DNA from: Bispira polyomma
Taxonomy: Eukaryota
Reading direction: 5' to 3'
NCBI GenBank assembly: GCA_965649765.1
Contig: OZ287758.1
Span: 39,990,001 to 40,054,000, forward strand
DNA: 64,000 nt
Below, piece after piece: positions 63,050 to 64,000 of the stretch. How positions within the stretch are numbered: position 1 is the stretch's first letter; each line of letters opens with the position of its first letter. Position numbers and translations under genes: made by a program. The notes under the pieces are model-generated. The model did no database searches. It had not been told where the DNA came from and saw only the letters and a list, made by a program, of their open reading frames with translations.

Positions 63050-63524
63050 TTTGAATCACATGTGCCTCACACAATAATTATTCAAAACTAACTTTGTATT
63101 CATTTACAGTGTTCAGGGTAATGTGAAGTATATCACATATTATTTAGCGGAATGTAAATTCAAAATTAGACAGACTGATAAACTATTGTAAAAGTTAATT
63201 TTTACAGTATTACTATATTTTTCTATTATATGTAACAGGGATACTACATTTGTTCTTTATAATCACATGTAACATTTATTAATTTATATCATAGTTAAGA
63301 AAAAAAATAATACAACTAAAATTTTACTGCAAAGTTTCAAATAATTGTTAAAATTGATTGGCTAAATAATTCCAATGATATAGTGATATACATCTATATG
63401 TAGACTTATATATATGTCACATGCAACTAAAAATACATAACAACACTTAACCTCACAATGTATCTACTTCCAGGACATGAAGCTGCTGGTGTAGTACATC
63501 AAGTGTCTGACCAATGTTCTGACA
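61693..63524 (+). CDS. Zn-dependent ADH (MDR) copy 3, first three exons (61693-61803, 62659-62740, 63474-63524); presumably continues past the window
   Basis: MDVEKLKNKKLVAQSTKHLEFVIGEYPEVPTGGLVVK / VLVCGICHTDAHFYAEDSYRRVLPRVLG / HEAAGVVHQVSDQCSD: catalytic Zn Cys and GHE motif, phases consistent. Confidence 0.9.
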
Positions 63525-64000
63525 GTAAGTCTATAAATAGACACTTATGTATGACATCATTTCTCAGGTAAAAGATTACCTATTCAGGCCTTAGTACAGT
63601 AAATGTTATACATTAATAGTGCTAGTACATTTTCATTGTATCTTTTAATGAAATGTACTTCTTTTAGGTTACATATACAGACTTTGTATCCTAATTAAGT
63701 CATTTTACTTCTGTGCTTTTTCATAGTCAATGACCTTTGTAATTACATTAGTCAAGCCGATTTTTTTTGCTTTAGTAACGCTTGTCCGGTTTAATCGTAT
63801 GTTAAAATTTAATTTATTAATGCCATTAACCAGTAGAAACCTTTTTTTCCTGTAACAAAATTACAAGCTGGTGCAATTTGTTTAATTTTGAATTTACTAG
63901 ATATCCAGTGATGTAGTTGCTTTAAACAAGGTTAGCTGGCATGTTATAAATGATATTATAGCCGGACTATTTTTACTTGATATTTAACAACCAGAAACAA

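Overview
AT-rich, intron-containing animal DNA, most likely from a marine invertebrate (inferred from the SINE, LINE and YR-retrotransposon types). Most ORF-track entries are spurious or are single exons. The backbone is a + strand tandem array: ADH-1 (3' end) - IgR-1 - ADH-2 - IgR-2 - ADH-3 (5' end). The ADHs are spliced Zn-dependent medium-chain dehydrogenases; copies 1 and 2 are damaged in complementary ways. The IgRs are single V-type Ig-domain membrane receptors (leader, V, stalk, TM, Tyr-motif tail). They differ mainly in the CDR-equivalent loops, in stalk-exon number (3 vs 1) and in an ITIM exon (VKYTGL) that only IgR-1 has, which resembles a paired, diversifying immune-receptor system. 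Mobile content: a full-length but degenerate Ngaro/PAT-type tyrosine-recombinase retrotransposon (2475-10467) with A1-B1-A2-B2 split direct repeats and a phase-matched gag-to-YR splice pair; a ~313-bp insertion with a 10-bp TSD carrying a complete type I hammerhead ribozyme (45231-45298, minus); L2-like LINE fragments; a decayed Gypsy pol; a probable solo LTR; tRNA-SINEs; MITEs; and minisatellites at exon-intron junctions. All gene models were built by eye from GT/AG sites and phase.
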